A DNA stretch of 29,748 nt from DHVE2 group archaeon (GTDB lineage: Archaea; Thermoplasmatota; Thermoplasmata; Thermoplasmatales; Aciduliprofundaceae). The position numbers and the translations under genes are program-made. The stretch spans positions 1 to 29,748 of the forward strand of contig WAOZ01000007.1 of assembly GCA_015520975.1 (NCBI GenBank), read 5' to 3'. The notes beneath the pieces were generated by a model, which searched no databases, was not told the origin of the DNA, and saw only the letters and a program-made list of their open reading frames with translations. Shown here in pieces: positions 25,356 through 29,748 of this stretch. How positions within the stretch are numbered: position 1 is the first letter of the stretch; every line of letters begins with the position of its first letter.

Positions 25356-25373
25356 ATATTTTTGATGAAATCT

Positions 25374-25399
25374 TAACCTTTTTATTTCAATTTCCATTA
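25374..25399 (+). terminator. Possible oligo-T terminator of the hyp cluster
   Basis: The T-rich tract ccttttttatttcaatttcc lies shortly after the hypB stop. Confidence 0.4.
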
Positions 25400-25408
25400 A
25401 ACAGAATC

Positions 25409-26341
25409 ATGAAGTTACTTACCACCTTTTGCAGAGGTATGGACTTTCTCAGAAAATACCTTCCAGAACTCGAAATCAGGTGTTTGAAGAACGCGGATAT
25501 TGAGTTTATAAAATCTGCCGAAATTGCGCTGGTGTTTCACTGGAAAGAGTTCGAAAAGCAACTTCCTCAGATGAAAAATCTCAGGATGATACAATCATTA
25601 ACAGCGGGTGTGGACCATTTCAATTTTTCAGTAATTCCAGATGATGTTGTTGTATGCTCAAATTCTGGTGCGAATGCGGACGGGGTTGCGGAGCATGCCG
25701 TGGCATTGGTAATGGCTGCGGCTAAAAAAATTGTGTGGCGTGACCGACAGATGCGCGATGGCAAATTTCCGCAAATGGAGGAGAGCATTCTCATTAAAGG
25801 AAAAAATGTGCTTGTAGTTGGACTTGGCCATGTGGGTCAGAGATGTGCAAGTATATTCAGGTGTATGGGAGCAAATGTCTTCGGTGTAAACAGAACAGGT
25901 AAATGCGCTCTGGAGGGTATAGTGGTTGAGAAAATAGATCATTTGGAGGATCTGTTACCGAAAATGGATATAGTTATACTTGCGCTTCCTTTAACCAAAG
26001 ATACCCGTAATCTCTTTGACAAAAACAAATTTTCAATTATGAAAGATAGCGCGATATTCGTCAATGTTGCGCGGGGGAAAATCGTTGTTGAAAAAGATCT
26101 GTACGAACATCTTGTGAATAATCCTCGATTTATAGCAGCGCTCGATGTGTGGTGGAAATATGGTGAAGAATTTCATCAAAATTATCCGTTCGAGAAACTG
26201 CAAAATGTCATACTAAGTCCTCACTGTGCGGGAAGTTATGAGGGCTGGTTTGAGAGCCTGTTGAGATCCGCGGTGGAAAACATAAAAGCGTATCTCAGTG
26301 GAAACCCAAAAAATATTGTGGATAAAAAAGAGTATCTATGA
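25409..26341 (+). CDS. D-isomer-specific 2-hydroxyacid dehydrogenase
   Basis: Motifs AGVDH, NADGVAEHA, VVGLGHVG (Rossmann), LPLTKDTRNL, VNVARG, ALDVW and SPHCAG. Start at ATG 25409 (MKLLTT) is preferred over 25352. Confidence 0.92.
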   Translation: MKLLTTFCRGMDFLRKYLPELEIRCLKNADIEFIKSAEIALVFHWKEFEKQLPQMKNLRMIQSLTAGVDHFNFSVIPDDVVVCSNSGANADGVAEHAVALVMAAAKKIVWRDRQMRDGKFPQMEESILIKGKNVLVVGLGHVGQRCASIFRCMGANVFGVNRTGKCALEGIVVEKIDHLEDLLPKMDIVILALPLTKDTRNLFDKNKFSIMKDSAIFVNVARGKIVVEKDLYEHLVNNPRFIAALDVWWKYGEEFHQNYPFEKLQNVILSPHCAGSYEGWFESLLRSAVENIKAYLSGNPKNIVDKKEYL

Positions 26342-26662
26342 GGTGATTTTCAAAATAAAATTGTAGGACTTAAGAACGCCGATGACGAAAAATATATCGC
26401 ACAGAAGGAAGAAAATGCCGCCAGTTGCTCCGAATATCATGGATGGCAAATCTGCAGCTATTACATTTTTGAATAATATGGCCAGGCCTATTAAAGCGAA
26501 TCCCAGGCCACCCATTATAAACGCTATGGCGATGTATAGGATGATTTCCAACTCTTTTAGATGAGGTATTTTGAACCAGAATCTTATGAACTTCTGACCA
26601 CCGTAGAGCATGCCTGACGATGCAAGCCAGAAAAGCACAACCGCCAGAAACGAGACAAACAT
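26336..26662 (-). CDS. Small hypothetical membrane protein (about 3 TM)
   Basis: Hydrophobic 108-aa ORF with RBS GGAGGTG upstream. Starts 3 nt after the stop of the preceding small membrane gene. Confidence 0.7.
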   Translation of the reverse strand: MFVSFLAVVLFWLASSGMLYGGQKFIRFWFKIPHLKELEIILYIAIAFIMGGLGFALIGLAILFKNVIAADLPSMIFGATGGIFFLLCDIFFVIGVLKSYNFILKITS

Positions 26663-26665
26663 GAC

Positions 26666-26971
26666 TCACACCTCCAGAAACTCTCTGAGCACACTAATGG
26701 CCACATTTACAAATCTTATCAAATAGGATGCGAGGAGAATGCCGAGAACGCCTTCTATTATTTCAGCAGCCCATGAAAAGTATAGGGTTCTGTTGAGCAT
26801 TCCCAAAACTGAAAGTGCAGCAAGCACAGCAGATACCATCATCAGTGCCTTCGTGAACGAGACCCAGATTGAGCCGCTCCGAGAGATTTTAGAATGCAAT
26901 CTGTATATCATAAAGAACGCAATGCACGAGGCAACGAGCCCTATTATGGTACCAAACACCCCTGGTTCCAT
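26666..26971 (-). CDS. Small hypothetical membrane protein (about 3 TM)
   Basis: Hydrophobic 101-aa ORF. TATA-like tttttaac on the minus strand about 25 nt upstream. Confidence 0.7.
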   Translation of the reverse strand: MEPGVFGTIIGLVASCIAFFMIYRLHSKISRSGSIWVSFTKALMMVSAVLAALSVLGMLNRTLYFSWAAEIIEGVLGILLASYLIRFVNVAISVLREFLEV

Positions 26972-27005
26972 GTTTTAGAATGTAAGCAGAAATCAGTTAA
27001 AAAAT

Positions 27006-27623
27006 TTATTCATATTTTTTCCAGAGATCCTCAAAATAACTTTCGTAAACGCTGGCAACTTCTTTACTCTCAATCAGAGCATTTGCCTCGTGGTTATACT
27101 CCAGTGCGCTGGTGCTCCAGTTGGTTGAGCCTACGATTACTATGCTACCATCTATGATTATGAGTTTGTCATGCGTTGTTTCATTACTCCAGTCAAACTC
27201 AACCTGCACACCTTTCGATGTGAAATAATCTTTCCAGTTCTGCGCAGCTTCAACAAGGGCATCGTTTACAAAACCGTAGCCCCGCCCATCGTCCATTATC
27301 ACACGAACATCCACGCCTCTTTTAGCCGCATCGGCAAGAGTCCGCCCAAGCAGGGATACCTCATGATTGTCCGTATCGGGGTCCCCGTACCACAGTATTT
27401 CGTAAATAACCATATGAATGCTTTTCTGAGCGCTTTCGATTTTCTGAATTGCTACAGGATAATAATCTCTGTCATTGAGTGGGATTATTTTCGTATTGTT
27501 TGAGTTTATCTCGGTTATTGTTATTCCTGTGGTGCCTGTTCTGGCATTCATCATCTCCGCGGACATAAAGCCTGCGGTAAAAGCAAGAATCACAGTTAAT
27601 GCAAACAGCGCACGATTGTTCAT
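27006..27623 (-). CDS. Membrane-anchored phospholipase D-family protein with a single HKD motif (Nuc-like nuclease)
   Basis: HDKLIIIDGSIVIVGSTNWS...NHE (HxKxxxxD plus GSxN), A.KRGVDVRVI.D, and an N-terminal signal or TM segment. Confidence 0.9.
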   Translation of the reverse strand: MNNRALFALTVILAFTAGFMSAEMMNARTGTTGITITEINSNNTKIIPLNDRDYYPVAIQKIESAQKSIHMVIYEILWYGDPDTDNHEVSLLGRTLADAAKRGVDVRVIMDDGRGYGFVNDALVEAAQNWKDYFTSKGVQVEFDWSNETTHDKLIIIDGSIVIVGSTNWSTSALEYNHEANALIESKEVASVYESYFEDLWKKYE

Positions 27624-27649
27624 GGCGTACCCTATGATAAACGCATTAT

Positions 27650-28528
27650 TTAATGTTGTTCTTTAACGAAGAGTGTGTATGTGCCGTAGTGTTCATCATA
27701 TTTGAAAAAGCCTGTGAGGGTGCAGTATCCATCGCTTTGAATTGCTGTTCTGGAAAAACATTTCAAAGTGTAATTTCCGTTTGAGAGCCAGTATAAATAG
27801 CCGTAAAATCTGCGGTATCTGAGCACTTTTCCGTAGATGCAGATGTATTTCCCCTCATATTGTGGGATTTTTGCGATGCTAATATTTTCAGCTATATCTT
27901 TGTACGACAGTGAAACTTTATCCACGCGGAGAGTGCCGTTTTTCACAAAACCATAGAAATACGCTCTGTTCTCTCCGTTGTAACCGCCGGGAACATATAA
28001 CCATGCTGCCTTAATCCCATCTGTGATTTCTATCTGGCTTCCATTGACGAGCTCTTTAGAACGGGTAATTTTTCCCGCAACGGTTATGAGCAATCCTCTG
28101 TAATAATAGGGATTTTTCAGCAGTATCTGAAGTGTGAGTTTTAGAGATTTGCTCGCAACGATGATGTCTTTTTTATTTTTCACAATTATTTCAGGAGAGT
28201 TGTGATAGCTCTGAACATACCCAACTAAATTCACGGTGCATCCCGGAGCAATATTTGTGTGGAATTCCAGATAAGCGTAGGCATTTAAAGTGAAATTTGT
28301 ATCGGTAATTTCCAAAAGCATACCGTTGGTGGTGTTATGGTAATATAGCACGAGCGCACGCAGATTCACATAATCTCCAATATGATTGGAAAGCTCATTC
28401 ATACTAATTTTTTCAGGGGTTATAGTGTACTGCGCCACATACACGCCTGCAGTTCCGAGAATGGCTACCACTGCTATGATGAGAACAGCTTTTTCCGAAA
28501 CATCTGCCGCCTCCATCTCAACGGGCAT
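27650..28528 (-). CDS. Membrane-anchored protein with about three OB-fold-like domains
   Basis: N-terminal hydrophobic AVLIIAVVAILGTAGVYVA. Three segments of pattern G..V...G.V, including VNLVGYVQSYHNSPEI typical of exported OB folds. The start codon is uncertain (see findings). Confidence 0.7.
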   Translation of the reverse strand: MPVEMEAADVSEKAVLIIAVVAILGTAGVYVAQYTITPEKISMNELSNHIGDYVNLRALVLYYHNTTNGMLLEITDTNFTLNAYAYLEFHTNIAPGCTVNLVGYVQSYHNSPEIIVKNKKDIIVASKSLKLTLQILLKNPYYYRGLLITVAGKITRSKELVNGSQIEITDGIKAAWLYVPGGYNGENRAYFYGFVKNGTLRVDKVSLSYKDIAENISIAKIPQYEGKYICIYGKVLRYRRFYGYLYWLSNGNYTLKCFSRTAIQSDGYCTLTGFFKYDEHYGTYTLFVKEQH

Positions 28529-28632
28529 AGAAGTGCCATAGATAAAATTTGCCGTTGTTGATCAAAGCATTTCAGCGGAAGGAAATCAGTGAAAGGCAAA
28601 ATCCTTATTTACTTTCCATCAATTTCGCATTT

Positions 28633-29748
28633 ATGGTAACCATAGTGGAAAAAATACTGCAGATGCACTCTAATGAGAAGGTGGAGCCCGGTAAGATTGT
28701 GTGGATAGATCTGGACATCATAACTGCCAGAGAATTTGGTGGCCCCAATGTTGTAAAACACCTGTATTCAAATTTTGAAGGCAACTATGTTGCAAAAAAG
28801 GAGTCAACATTTTTCACATTCGATCTGAGCGTGCCTGCAAAGACGCTTAAATATGCCCTTGCGCAGGATGTTTGCAGGAAATTTGCAAAGAAGACGGGAA
28901 TCAGAGTTTTCGACATAAATCAGGGAATCGGCACGCATGTTCTCATCGATAACGGAATAGTCAGGCCCGGTATGACCGCGGTTGGAACAGATTCACACTA
29001 CAACATACTCGGTGCCATAGGTGTTTTCGGTCAGGGGATGGGTGATAAGGATATCGCATTCGCGTTCAAAACAGGAAAAACATGGTTTGAAGTGCCCGAA
29101 ACGATGAAAGTTGTTGTTGAAGGCCAGATTGACTATCCTGCCACGGCAAGAGATATCACATTCGCCGTGATGAGAGAGCTCGGACCGGCCGGTGCACTTG
29201 GTCTGGCCATAGAGTATTACGGAGACGCGATCGAAAGCCTTTCCATAGATGGCAGGATAACACTGGGATCCCAGACAACCGAGATGGGTGGCATAGTGGG
29301 ATTCACTCCCATGGACGAAAAACTAATACGCTTTTATGAAGAGAAGGGCATATATGTGAAACCTATATTTCCAGACAAAGATGCGGATTATGTCAAGGAA
29401 GTGAATATCGATGTCAACAACCTTGAGCCTCTTATGGCCGAACCGCCGAATCCATGCAACATCAAACCAGTTTCTGAATTTGAAGGTATGGAAATCGATG
29501 GCGCTTTTATAGGCTCATGCACCAACGGAAGATACGAGGATCTGCTCATAGCTGCAAAAATACTTAAGGGTAATAAGGTGAAGGTACCTTTAACAATAAC
29601 TCCCACGACCCGTGCGGTATGGATGAAAGCAATTGAGAACGGTCTGTGGAGGATATTCGCCGAAGCGGGAGCAGTGCTCACCAATCCCGGATGCGGTGGC
29701 TGCGCGGAGGGAATGCCCGGATTGATAGGTGAGGAGATATTCCTGAGC
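28633..29748 (+). CDS. Aconitase-family 3-isopropylmalate dehydratase/homoaconitase-like large subunit, partial (runs off the window end)
   Basis: Not in the ORF track. Manual translation from ATG 28633 is open for 372 codons: MVTIVEKILQMHSNEKVEPGKIV...GTDSHYNILGAIG...EMGG...FIGSCTNGRYEDL...NPGCGGCAEG. It contains DSH and the three [4Fe-4S] Cys ligands. Confidence 0.92.
   Translation, partial: MVTIVEKILQMHSNEKVEPGKIVWIDLDIITAREFGGPNVVKHLYSNFEGNYVAKKESTFFTFDLSVPAKTLKYALAQDVCRKFAKKTGIRVFDINQGIGTHVLIDNGIVRPGMTAVGTDSHYNILGAIGVFGQGMGDKDIAFAFKTGKTWFEVPETMKVVVEGQIDYPATARDITFAVMRELGPAGALGLAIEYYGDAIESLSIDGRITLGSQTTEMGGIVGFTPMDEKLIRFYEEKGIYVKPIFPDKDADYVKEVNIDVNNLEPLMAEPPNPCNIKPVSEFEGMEIDGAFIGSCTNGRYEDLLIAAKILKGNKVKVPLTITPTTRAVWMKAIENGLWRIFAEAGAVLTNPGCGGCAEGMPGLIGEEIFLS

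Overview
Archaeal chromosomal window, inferred to be Thermoplasmata/Aciduliprofundum-like. The inference rests on GGTGA/GGAGG ribosome-binding sites, TATA-type promoters with apparently leaderless genes, pelota, RaSEA and a PEF-CTERM-like tail; the taxon cannot be proven from sequence alone. In order, the window holds: a partial RaSEA radical-SAM gene; a membrane-anchored papain-family protease with four FN3 domains; the HMG-CoA synthase/thiolase/DUF35 cluster; an orphan, frameshift-split protein resembling a triplicated A/V-ATPase proteolipid; a secreted 749-aa protein with 19 consecutive, strictly 21-residue Dx[DN]xDG-loop/beta-strand repeats; Mut7-C RNase overlapping pelota; a DUF4129-MoxR-DUF58 operon; a C2-like/PPC/metallophosphoesterase surface protein; dCMP deaminase; a Zn alcohol dehydrogenase; a hypC-D-F-E-(NifX-like)-hypA-hypB hydrogenase maturation cluster with an Mrp-type HypB; a 2-hydroxyacid dehydrogenase; two small membrane proteins; a PLD-family nuclease next to a multi-OB-fold protein; and a partial, atypical LeuC/aconitase-family large subunit. 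I saw no rRNA, tRNA, CRISPR array or mobile element. The most novel-looking elements are the 21-aa-periodic protein and the orphan c-subunit-like protein. All family calls come from motif recognition by eye, without database searches.
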